Positions 53,015 through 61,851 of a stretch of DNA of 64,000 bases are shown piece by piece (positions within the stretch are counted from its first letter, which is position 1; the number at the start of each line of letters is the position of its first letter). This DNA comes from Candidatus Eiseniibacteriota bacterium (GTDB lineage Bacteria > Eisenbacteria > RBG-16-71-46 > JABDJR01): positions 1,760,001 to 1,824,000 of the forward strand of contig CAWANH010000028.1 of assembly GCA_963783375.1 (NCBI GenBank), in the 5' to 3' direction. A program made the translations under genes and the position numbers. The notes beneath the pieces were generated by a model. That model searched no databases, had not been told where the DNA came from, and was given only the letters and a program-made list of their open reading frames with translations.

Positions 53015-54745
53015 ATGGCCAGCATGCCCTTGGACGCCGGCCGCGACTTCCGCGGCGGGCCCGGCTTCGATCATCTGCTCCAGAACATCAACGAAGCCCT
53101 CTTCGTGGTGGACGCCGATTGCCGGATCACCGCGTTCAACCGCGCCGCCGAGGAGCTGACCGGCTACCAGGCCGCCGAGGTCATGGGCCGCCCCTGCACC
53201 GAAGTGTTTCGCAGCGACGCCTGCGAGGGCCGGTGCGCGGTGAAGGAGTCCCTCTTCCAGGGGAAGCGGATTCCCTACCGCAAGGTTCTCATGCGCCGCC
53301 GGGACGGCCGGATGGTTCCGATCTCGGTCTCCACATCCCCGCTTCACGATGATTCCGGTCGCTTGATGGGCGCGGTGGAGACGATCCGGAACATGAGCGA
53401 GGTGGAGCGGCTGAACGAGGTCCTGGCCCGGGAGACCGCCCAGAAGATGGCCATCCTGGACAGCCTGGCCGAGGGAGTGATCACCATCGACCAGGAATGG
53501 AAGGTGACCTCCATGAACGCGGCGGCGGAGCGGCTCCTGGGGTGTCGATCCGCGGAGGTGATCGGCCGATCCTGCTCCAACGTCCTTCGCACGGACCGCT
53601 GCAACGACGGCTGCCCGGTGGCCCGCACCCTGGAGGCCGAGGACCCGGCCCGGGATGAGCTGGTGCACCTGACCGGAGCCGACGGGCGGCCGGTGGAGGT
53701 GTCGCTGAACGTGGCCGTCCTCCGCGGCACCGACGGCGAGGCCCTGGGGGGCGTGCTTTCCTTCCGGGAGTTCACCGAGGTGGACCGTCTTCGGGCGGAG
53801 TTGGCCGGCGAGCATCATTTCCACGGGGTGATCGGCAAGTCGCCGGCCATGCGCGCGGTGTTCCGGATGATCGAGGACGTGGCGCCCAGCCATTCCACCG
53901 TGCTCATCACCGGCGAGTCGGGGACGGGGAAGGAGATGGTGGCCAACGCCATCCAGCAGTGCGGAGCCCGCCGCGGGGCTCCCTACGTCAAGGTCAACTG
54001 CGCGGTGTTCTCGGACGGGGTGCTGGAGAGCGAGCTCTTCGGCCACGTGCGGGGCGCCTTCACCGACGCGGTGCACGACCGCCGCGGTCGTTTCGAGCTG
54101 GCCCACACCGGCACGCTGTTCCTGGACGAGATCGGCGACGTGAGCCCCCGGATCCAGGTGAAGCTGCTCCGGGTCCTCCAGGAACGGTGTTTCGAACGGG
54201 TGGGGGGGGAAGAGCCGGTCGAGGTGGACGTCAGGATCATCGCGGCCACCCACCGCGACCTCGGGGAGATGGTGCGGAAAGGCGCCTTCCGCGAGGACCT
54301 CTTCTACCGGTTGAACGTCATCCCGGTGGTCCTGCCCCCGCTTCGCCAGCGCCGCGAGGACATCCCGCTCCTCGTCGATCACTTCCTCCGCAAGTACCAG
54401 CTCGTGACCGGAAAACGGGTGGAGCGCATTCACGATCGGGCCATGGATGTCCTGGCCTCCCACCTGTGGCCCGGGAACGTACGTCAGCTCGAGAACGCGA
54501 TCGAGTACGCCTTCGCCCGGGCCCGGGGAAACGTGCTCACTCTCGACCTCCTTCCTCCCGAGGTGCGCTCGCCGGCCTCGGCCCGCGCCGACAGCGCCGC
54601 CTCGGAACCGAGCGAGATCGTGGAGATCCGCCGCGCCCTGGAGCGCCACCACTGGCACCACGGGCGGGCGGCCAAGGATCTGGGCATCTCCCGCACCACC
54701 CTCTGGCGGAAGATGCGAAAGCTGGGGCTCGATCCCCAGGGATGA
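53015..54745 (+). CDS. Sigma54-dependent transcriptional activator with two PAS domains and Fis-type HTH
   Basis: Tandem PAS; GESGTGKE; ESELFGH..GAFTDA; LFLDEIG; FREDLFYRL; WPGNVRQL; AAKDLGISRTTLWRK. Confidence 0.95.
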   Translation: MASMPLDAGRDFRGGPGFDHLLQNINEALFVVDADCRITAFNRAAEELTGYQAAEVMGRPCTEVFRSDACEGRCAVKESLFQGKRIPYRKVLMRRRDGRMVPISVSTSPLHDDSGRLMGAVETIRNMSEVERLNEVLARETAQKMAILDSLAEGVITIDQEWKVTSMNAAAERLLGCRSAEVIGRSCSNVLRTDRCNDGCPVARTLEAEDPARDELVHLTGADGRPVEVSLNVAVLRGTDGEALGGVLSFREFTEVDRLRAELAGEHHFHGVIGKSPAMRAVFRMIEDVAPSHSTVLITGESGTGKEMVANAIQQCGARRGAPYVKVNCAVFSDGVLESELFGHVRGAFTDAVHDRRGRFELAHTGTLFLDEIGDVSPRIQVKLLRVLQERCFERVGGEEPVEVDVRIIAATHRDLGEMVRKGAFREDLFYRLNVIPVVLPPLRQRREDIPLLVDHFLRKYQLVTGKRVERIHDRAMDVLASHLWPGNVRQLENAIEYAFARARGNVLTLDLLPPEVRSPASARADSAASEPSEIVEIRRALERHHWHHGRAAKDLGISRTTLWRKMRKLGLDPQG

Positions 54746-54776
54746 TCTCCCGCCCGGCGGTTGTTTCGCCGCCGGT

Positions 54777-54789
54777 GTTTCATTGAAAC
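54777..54789. promoter_or_regulatory. Palindromic candidate upstream activator sequence
   Basis: GTTTCA-T-TGAAAC, ~180 nt upstream of a sigma54 promoter. Half-sites TGTTTCG at 54762 and 52898, TGAAACA at 54898. Confidence 0.5.
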
Positions 54790-54967
54790 CTTCGGTTGCA
54801 CGCCGAGGACTCGGCGCCGGACTTCCCCCCCAAATCATTGACCGGAAGAGCGATGGGCGGTTCCCGATCCCCTCGGATCCTCCACGATCCCCATCCCTGA
54901 AACAACCTGGTGCGACACGGTAGGGTTGGCCAATTTTCAAGTCATTGTCCTGTAAATAGTTAACTTA

Positions 54968-54983
54968 TGGCACGGTCGATGCT
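54968..54983 (+). promoter_or_regulatory. Sigma54 (-24/-12) promoter
   Basis: TGGCAC-GGTCG-ATGCT has correct GG/GC spacing; IHF-like TTTCAAGTCATTG at 54935-54947; directly downstream of the activator gene. Confidence 0.75.
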
Positions 54984-55045
54984 TTTCAGGTCCTGCGATG
55001 GGAACGCACGCCGTCCCCCCCGAGGGTGACCAGGGAGAGTCCGCG

Positions 55046-55498
55046 ATGTCCGAGATGCTGGCCAACCGCCACTTCGCCTCCGGCCACTACGAAGAGGCCC
55101 GCAAAGGCTTCGAGGCCGTGCTCCGGCGGCGTCCCGGGAACGTGACGGCCAGGAAGAAGCTCACCGTGTGCTACGTGCAGACCGGCCGTCTGCGGGAGGC
55201 GGTGGACCTGGTTCTCGGGCTCATGGAGGAGAACCCGGAGGCGCTCCGCAGCGCCGATGCCGGGTCGGAGGGCTTTCCCTGCCGGGCGGCGCTGGACGCG
55301 TTCGCCGAACGGGGCCGGTCGCTCGATCCCGGGGACTACCACGCGGGGCTCGGCGTGCTCCAGCTCTACTGCAACGCGGAGGCGGCTCTCGGGGAACTCG
55401 ACCGGGCGGCCGAGGAAGACCCGTCGAGAATGGAGATCCGGGCGCTCTTGGCGGTGGTCCGGAGACACCTGGAGGCGAAACATGTGGGTTGGGCTTAG
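55046..55498 (+). CDS. Tetratricopeptide repeat protein
   Basis: LANRHFASGHYEEARKGFEAVLRRRPGN TPR pattern; RBS GGGAGA. Confidence 0.8.
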   Translation: MSEMLANRHFASGHYEEARKGFEAVLRRRPGNVTARKKLTVCYVQTGRLREAVDLVLGLMEENPEALRSADAGSEGFPCRAALDAFAERGRSLDPGDYHAGLGVLQLYCNAEAALGELDRAAEEDPSRMEIRALLAVVRRHLEAKHVGWA

Positions 55499-55693
55499 AG
55501 CCGGATGGCTCCTTCTGGCCACCGCCGCTCCCGGGGCGATCCCGACCGTGGGCGGCGCCGACCAACAGCTATCCGGTGGTGCAATAGAGAAGCCGGGTCG
55601 TTCACGGGGCCGCTGGTGAACGACGCGGCTGCAGACAGGGTGCGGCAGCCATAGCCGGAAGCTGCCGCCGCACCCGACCGGCGAATGCCGGGG

Positions 55694-55726
55694 GGAGGGG
55701 TCCGCGAGAGCGGGCCCCTCCGTTTT
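55694..55726 (+). terminator. Rho-independent terminator
   Basis: ggaggggtccgc-gaga-gcgggcccctcc followed by gtttt. Confidence 0.7.
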
Positions 55727-55835
55727 GTCCGCGAGGCGGCCCGGCCCGCGGGGGGAGCGTGCAGGCGGGGGCCCGGGCCCTCCCTTCGCCTCCGGGCTTT
55801 CCTCCGGGAGAGCCCATGGGCTAGTGTCCGGTCCC

Positions 55836-57806
55836 ATGTCACCCCCCAACCCACCCGTGTTCTCCACCCCCCGGACCCGCGGGCGCGACCCGGCCCTGGT
55901 CATCATCCTGATCGCGGCGGCGATCATGGCGGTTCTGGCCGGCCCGGTCCTCCAGCGTTTTCCCCACTCCGGAGACGAGTACGCCTACCTCTACCAGGCG
56001 CGCACCTTCCTGGCCGGCCGGGTGGTGAACCCTCCCGCGCCGGATCCGGCGGCCCTCGCCCAGGTCCACATCGTCTCCACCGCCGACGCCATGTACTCCA
56101 AGTATCCGCCGGGGTGGCCGGCGGTGCTGGCGGTGGGGGCGGCCGTCCACCTCGCCTTCCTGGTGAACCCGATCCTGGTCGCCCTCACCCTCTGGATCGC
56201 CTACCGCCTGGCCCGGCGCCGGGCGGGGGAGACCGCGGCCCGGGTCATGCTCGTGCTCCTGGCCGGGGGCGCGTTCGTACTCCTGAACGGAGCCGCGTTC
56301 TATTCCCATCCCCTGGTGGGGCTCTCCCTGGTTCTGGCCCTGGACGCCCTGGACCGCTACGCGCGGCGTCCACGGGCGGCGTATGCACTCCTCGGCGGAG
56401 GGTGGCTGGGGGCGATTCTCCTCGCCCGCCCCCAGGACGCGGTCCTGGTCGGGATCGGGCTCGCCGTGATGGCCGCGCCCCTCCTGGGAAGAGCGGCCGC
56501 TTCCCGCCGGGCGGTCCATCTGGCTGCGGCGCTGGCGCTCCCCCTGGCCGCCGCCGGGATCTACCTCCTCTACAACCGAGCCACCACCGGCCACCCGTTC
56601 CTTCTCGGCCACGTGGTCTATGATCCCGCCGACCACCCGGCCTTCGATCTCCCGGAGATGGTGGCGGCCTCCGTGAACAGGCTCCAGGATTATCTCATCC
56701 TGGGGACGGCCGGGCTGGCCGCGCTGCTCCTCCTCCGCCGGCCCCCCCGGCGCCCGCCCGACCGGCTCCCGGGACGGCTCCTGGGCGGCCTGGCGCTCCT
56801 GGCCGCGCTCTTCTGGATCGGCTACGCGCTCTATCCCCGGCTGAACGGCCCCCCGCGGTTCGGCCCGCGCTACGTCTACCCCGCCCACCTCGTGCTGGTG
56901 TTCCTGGCCGCGGTGGGCCTCACCCGGGCGCTCCGCCGGCGCTACCTCTGGACGGTGGTGGGGGCGGCGGCGGCTCTCGGGCTGGTCCAGACCGCGGTGG
57001 TCGCGCATTCCGCGGCCAAGACCATACGGGCGGCGCGGGGCCCCGAGCGCGCGGCGGCGGCTCTGGCCCGGGCCATCGCCCCCCACCGGACGCTGGTGCT
57101 CCTCGAGGGACCGGCCGGCTCGGCGCCGGCCTTCGACCTGGACCGGAACGACCTGGACTACGAAGCCCCCGTTCTCTTCGCGCGGCGGCCGACCGCGGCT
57201 CCCGCCCTGGCGGACCGGGCCCGCTACCTCTGGGACGGGGCCGGTGGCATCGGCGTGCTCACCGCCCGGGACCCCGAAGCCGCGGTGCGGGCGGTGGCGA
57301 TCACCGATCCCCCCACGGTGATCCGGCGGGGGGGCGGGCCGGGGTGGCTGGTGACCTCGGGGTCCGACGCCTGTGCGCGTTTCTTCTACGCGTTCCCGGG
57401 TTCGCGCCCGGTGGACTGGGCGTTCTGGGGCCCCTGCGCGGGGAGCGAGGCCTCGGTGGGGCGGCCACCGGGGCCGGGGGAGCGATGGCCCCTGGCCGCG
57501 CGAAGGAGCGTTTACGCGCACTATCGTGGGTTCTTCCACGTCGATGAACCGGGAACCTACACCTTTACCGTCCGGGTGGGGGGACATGCCGCGGTGCGGG
57601 TGGACGGCCGGCTCCTGGGGGAGTGGGATGGGGAGCGCGCACCGGTGTCCTCGCCCGACCTCGGGGTCCGGCTCGACCCCGGCTGGCACGCGGTGGTCCT
57701 CTCGACCTGGCACCGGGGCGCGCCGGGGCTCCTGGAGTGGACGGCGCGGGGTCCGGGCGGGGCGCCGCTCGCCCCGGAGCGGTTCTTTCCCTCGCCGGGG
57801 GAGTGA
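55836..57806 (+). CDS. GT-C fold (ArnT/PMT-like) membrane glycosyltransferase with C-terminal PA14-like domain
   Basis: SGDEYAY..QA after TM1; SKYPPGWP; many TMs; GPRY; C-terminal YRGFFHVDEPGTYTF...VRVDG...LDPGWH. Confidence 0.75.
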   Translation: MSPPNPPVFSTPRTRGRDPALVIILIAAAIMAVLAGPVLQRFPHSGDEYAYLYQARTFLAGRVVNPPAPDPAALAQVHIVSTADAMYSKYPPGWPAVLAVGAAVHLAFLVNPILVALTLWIAYRLARRRAGETAARVMLVLLAGGAFVLLNGAAFYSHPLVGLSLVLALDALDRYARRPRAAYALLGGGWLGAILLARPQDAVLVGIGLAVMAAPLLGRAAASRRAVHLAAALALPLAAAGIYLLYNRATTGHPFLLGHVVYDPADHPAFDLPEMVAASVNRLQDYLILGTAGLAALLLLRRPPRRPPDRLPGRLLGGLALLAALFWIGYALYPRLNGPPRFGPRYVYPAHLVLVFLAAVGLTRALRRRYLWTVVGAAAALGLVQTAVVAHSAAKTIRAARGPERAAAALARAIAPHRTLVLLEGPAGSAPAFDLDRNDLDYEAPVLFARRPTAAPALADRARYLWDGAGGIGVLTARDPEAAVRAVAITDPPTVIRRGGGPGWLVTSGSDACARFFYAFPGSRPVDWAFWGPCAGSEASVGRPPGPGERWPLAARRSVYAHYRGFFHVDEPGTYTFTVRVGGHAAVRVDGRLLGEWDGERAPVSSPDLGVRLDPGWHAVVLSTWHRGAPGLLEWTARGPGGAPLAPERFFPSPGE

Positions 57807-57878
57807 ACGCGGGGCGAGGGGGGGCGATCACGCCGGGAGACCGGCGGCCCGGAGATCCGAAGCGCGGCGGTGGGGCGG

Positions 57879-58475
57879 TTAGGCCGGCTGGCGCGTCGCG
57901 TCCAGGACGGTCTGGCGGCCCTTCCCGAAGCCCCGGATGTTGAGTTCGAGGTACTTGGCGGGAATGCGCTTCTCGATGCTCGAGATGAGCACGTCCTCGT
58001 CCAGGTCCAGCTCCACCGAGAGCGCCCCCAGCATGATCGCGTTCACCACCTTGAGGTTTCCCAGGTCCTCGGCGATCCGGTGGGCGGGGACCATGACCAC
58101 CCGCCCCGCGCGCTGCTTGAGGATCCCCTCGATCTCCTCGGGATAGGGGCTCTTGCTCCATACCAGCATGCTGGGGTCGATCCGCTGGTCGTTCACCAGG
58201 GCGGTTCCCCCCGGGCGGAGGTAGTCGCGGTAGCGGAGGGCTTCCAACCGCTCCATGCTCAGGAGCAGGTCGGCCTCGCCGCGGCGGATCAGGGGGGAGT
58301 AGACCTCTTCCCCGAAGCGAACCTGACAGGTGACGCTCCCGCCCCGCTGGGCCATCCCGTGGACCTCGCTCTTCCGCACGCTGTGCCCCATGAGCATGGC
58401 CGCCTCGGCGACCACGTCCCCGGCCAGGATGATGCCCTGGCCCCCGACCCCGGCCATGAAGACGTTGGTGATCAT
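57879..58475 (-). CDS. iorB: Indolepyruvate:ferredoxin oxidoreductase beta subunit
   Basis: AGVGGQG; SEVHGMAQRGGSV; N.IMLGAL; overlaps the iorA stop codon. Confidence 0.95.
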   Translation of the reverse strand: MITNVFMAGVGGQGIILAGDVVAEAAMLMGHSVRKSEVHGMAQRGGSVTCQVRFGEEVYSPLIRRGEADLLLSMERLEALRYRDYLRPGGTALVNDQRIDPSMLVWSKSPYPEEIEGILKQRAGRVVMVPAHRIAEDLGNLKVVNAIMLGALSVELDLDEDVLISSIEKRIPAKYLELNIRGFGKGRQTVLDATRQPA

Positions 58476-61441
58476 CGGCCCGCCCCCGTGAGATAGGCGT
58501 GAACGGCTTCGGCGGCCTTCTTTCCCGAGCGGACGGCGTGGGACACCGTTCCGAACCCGGTGGAAAGATCGCCGGCCGCGAAGACTCCCGGCAGGTTGGT
58601 GGCGGTGGAGAAATCGGTGGTCACGATTTTCCGGTCGTGGAGAAGCTCGGGGGGAAGATCGCTGAAGCCGGCCCGCTCGCCCACCGCGGTCACCACCTGG
58701 TCGTACTCCTCGGTGTATTCCGAGCCCTCGACGGGCACCGGCCGGCGCCGTCCGCTGGCGTCAGGTTCCCCCGGCCGCATGCGGGTGAAGGTCACCGAGA
58801 GCCGCCCGCCCTGCATCCCGATCCGGATCGGGGCGGCGTAGGTTACCACCGGGATGCCTTCCTTCTGGAGATCCTCGACCTCTTCGGGGATGGCCGGCAT
58901 ATCCTCGACCCCGCGGCGATAGACCACCACCGGAGTGGCCCCGCGCCGCTTGACCGAGCGGGCCACGTCCATGGCGGTGTTCCCGCCCCCCACCACCAGG
59001 ACGTGCTTTCCCACCTCGACCTTCCGGCCCAGGTTGAGATCGCGCAGCAGTTCCACGCCGTGGACCACGCCGGCCAGATCCTCCCCCGGCACCCCCATGG
59101 GGGCGGTCTCGGAGAACCCGGTGGCCAGGACCACCGCGTCGAAGTCGCGGTCGATGAGGCCGAAGGCGAGCTCGCGTCCCACCGCGATGTCGGTGCGGAA
59201 GGTCACCCCCTTCTCTCCCAGCCGGACCAGGAACCGGTCCAGGGTCTCGCGGGGGAGGCGGAAGTCGGGGATTCCCGCCCGGAGCATGCCGCCGATCTCG
59301 GGGAGCTGCTCGAGCACGGTGACCGCGTAGCCCATCCCGGCCAGGTACCAGGCGCCGGCGAGGCCGGCGGGGCCGCTTCCCACCACCGCGACCTTCTCGG
59401 TCCGGGGATCGGGCGCCTGTCCGTTCCCGTTCCGGCGCCCGTGCTCCAGCCCCCAGTCGCCGATGAACTTCTCCACCGCGCGGATGGAGAAGCGGGCGCC
59501 GTCGCCGGTCCCGAACTCCCGGGTCAGCTCGGCGAAGCGCTGGTCGTAGACGCCGTGGAGGTCCAGACCCAGGGTGTTGATGTCGGTCTCGCAGGGATGC
59601 GGGCACACCCGGCCGGTGATGGAGGGAAAGGGATTGGTCTGGGTGAGGAGATCGTAGGCCTCCGCGTACCGCTTCTGGACCGTGAGCTCCAGGAATCCGG
59701 CCACGTCGTTCCCCGCCGGGCAGTCGTAGCACACCTGCTGGCACATGGAGCAGCCGTTGCAGAGTTCCTGGTTCACGGTCGGGGAATCGGATACGAAGCC
59801 GATGGCCGGGCACCCGATGGACAGGCAGGACTCGCAGTGGGTGCACTGGTCGGCCCGCACCTGGACCGGCGGGGCAAAGATCAGCTTCTCGTTCAGGACG
59901 CACCCGTTCTGGACGACGATGACCGAGGGCTCGTCCGCCTCCACCTCCTCCCGCACCGCCTTCTCGAGGTCGAGGAGCCGGTAGGCGTCGGCGGTCCGCA
60001 CCCGGCGGATCCCCACCGCCCGGGCCAGGGCCGGGATGTCCAGCCGGGGGGCGTCCTCGCCGTTCAGCCGCTTCCCGGTGGCCGGATGGGGCTGGTGGCC
60101 GGTCATGGCGGTGGTGCGGTTGTCCAGGACCAGGATCGTGCCGGTGCCGCCGTTGTAGACCGCGTCCACCAGGCCGGTGATCCCGGAGTGGACGAAGGTG
60201 GAGTCGCCGATCACCCCCACCACCCGGCGCCGGTCCTCGGGAGGGAGGGCCCGGGAGAGTCCGGTGCTCATGCCCACGCTCGCCCCCATGCAGAGACAGG
60301 TGTCCATGGCATTCAGGGGCTTCAGGGCCCCCAGGGTGTAGCACCCGATGTCTCCGGTCACGATCAGGTTCAGCCGCTGGAGCACCGTGAACACCCCGCG
60401 ATGGCCGCACCCGGGGCAGAGCACCGGGGGCCGGGCGGGGAGGGACGCGTCCACCACCGGCGGCGGGACCTCGGACCGGCCCTTGAAGTCGGCCATGGCC
60501 GCCACCAGGTCGGGGTCCAGCTCGCCCGTTTCCGGCCGGAGGTCGCGGCCCTGGACGTCGATCCCCAGGGACCGGATCTGCTCCTCCAGATACGGATCCA
60601 GCTCCTCCACCACGATGACCTTCCTCACCGAGGCGGCGAAGTCCCGGATCAGGGTCTCGGGGAGGGGGTTGGTGAGGCCGATCTTCAGGTGCGAGGCCTC
60701 GGGGAAGGATTCCATGGCGTAGAGCCAGGCCGCGCCGCTCGAGATGACACCCAGATCGGCCCCGCGGCGGCGGATCACGTTCAACCGCCGCATGGACGAC
60801 GCGTCCACCTTGAGCCGCTGCATCCGCTCCTCCACCAGCACGTGGCGCCGGCGGGCGTTGGCGGGGAGAAGAACGTACTTGGACGGGTCCTTCCGGAAGG
60901 GCTTCCGCTCGGGGGTCTTCGGCTCGCCGAGATCCACCTCCCCCTCGGCGTGGCAGATGCGCGTGGTGAGCCGCAGCATGACCGGGGTGTCGTAGGCCTC
61001 GGAAAGCTCGAAGGCCAGGCGGGTGAACTCCTTGGCCTCCTCACTGGTGGAGGGCTCGATCATGGGGATCTTGGCCGCCCGCGCCAGCCAGCGGTTGTCC
61101 TGCTCGTTCTGGGAGGAGTGCATGCCGGGGTCGTCCGCGGAAACCACCACCAGACCCCCGTTCACCCCCATGTAGGAGTGGCTGAACAGGGGGTCCGCGG
61201 CCACGTTCACGCCCACGTGCTTCATGGTCACCAGGACCCGGGCCCCGCCCAGGCTGGCCCCCACGCCCGATTCGTAGGCCACCTTCTCGTTGGGGGCCCA
61301 GCGGGCGTCCACTCCGGGGTAGCCGGTGAGGGCCTCCAGGATCTCGGTGGAGGGAGTCCCCGGGTACCCACTGGCGAAGGTGACCCCGCACTCGTAGGCT
61401 CCGCGGGCGACGGCTTCATTTCCGGTCAGGAGCTTCTTCAT
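58472..61441 (-). CDS. iorA: Indolepyruvate oxidoreductase alpha subunit fused to a GltD/NfnB-like FAD/NAD(P) oxidoreductase
   Basis: LLTGNEAVARG; YPGTPSTEI; SSQNEQD; CPGCGH; GDIGC; GDSTF.HSG; ferredoxin Cys motifs; then NPFP.ITGRVCPHPCE, GSGPAG, GGGNTAMD and FAAGD, all in one frame. Confidence 0.92.
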   Translation of the reverse strand: MKKLLTGNEAVARGAYECGVTFASGYPGTPSTEILEALTGYPGVDARWAPNEKVAYESGVGASLGGARVLVTMKHVGVNVAADPLFSHSYMGVNGGLVVVSADDPGMHSSQNEQDNRWLARAAKIPMIEPSTSEEAKEFTRLAFELSEAYDTPVMLRLTTRICHAEGEVDLGEPKTPERKPFRKDPSKYVLLPANARRRHVLVEERMQRLKVDASSMRRLNVIRRRGADLGVISSGAAWLYAMESFPEASHLKIGLTNPLPETLIRDFAASVRKVIVVEELDPYLEEQIRSLGIDVQGRDLRPETGELDPDLVAAMADFKGRSEVPPPVVDASLPARPPVLCPGCGHRGVFTVLQRLNLIVTGDIGCYTLGALKPLNAMDTCLCMGASVGMSTGLSRALPPEDRRRVVGVIGDSTFVHSGITGLVDAVYNGGTGTILVLDNRTTAMTGHQPHPATGKRLNGEDAPRLDIPALARAVGIRRVRTADAYRLLDLEKAVREEVEADEPSVIVVQNGCVLNEKLIFAPPVQVRADQCTHCESCLSIGCPAIGFVSDSPTVNQELCNGCSMCQQVCYDCPAGNDVAGFLELTVQKRYAEAYDLLTQTNPFPSITGRVCPHPCETDINTLGLDLHGVYDQRFAELTREFGTGDGARFSIRAVEKFIGDWGLEHGRRNGNGQAPDPRTEKVAVVGSGPAGLAGAWYLAGMGYAVTVLEQLPEIGGMLRAGIPDFRLPRETLDRFLVRLGEKGVTFRTDIAVGRELAFGLIDRDFDAVVLATGFSETAPMGVPGEDLAGVVHGVELLRDLNLGRKVEVGKHVLVVGGGNTAMDVARSVKRRGATPVVVYRRGVEDMPAIPEEVEDLQKEGIPVVTYAAPIRIGMQGGRLSVTFTRMRPGEPDASGRRRPVPVEGSEYTEEYDQVVTAVGERAGFSDLPPELLHDRKIVTTDFSTATNLPGVFAAGDLSTGFGTVSHAVRSGKKAAEAVHAYLTGAGR

Positions 61442-61851
61442 CGAACCTCGGCCTGGTGTGAAAAGAGGAGAATTCTAGGCGCGTATCCATCCTAGTGGGT
61501 CGGGCCCGGCTCAAGGTCAAAGATAAGCGGGATAAACGCTATTCAAATCGTGGATGTATAAGCCTTGTACGCGGTTGGCCCCGCCCTGGGGCGGCCGGGA
61601 GGCCCTCGCGACCCGATCCGCCTCGTGGGGGCGGGCAGGTCCGGGCCGGGCCCGGGACGCCCCGGCCCGGGGGAGCCGCGTTCCCCGGGATTGGGACAGA
61701 CACCGGCGTGGAAACGGCATATATTCTAAAGGTTGCGGGTTTGTTCCGAGGGCGCGGGTTACCCTATCAAGGGATTCCGCCGACAGCGCGGGACCTTCGA
61801 ATTTTCAGGCGGCGTGAGCGTCCCTCGGGAGGGAAGGAAGGGAGTCGGATC

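Noticed and set aside
2148-61495. Very long antisense or alternate-frame ORFs (e.g. 2148..5258+, 5326..8640+, 18931..22143-, 58499..61495+)
   Set aside because: They shadow well-supported genes, lack recognisable motifs, and are expected from high-GC codon bias.
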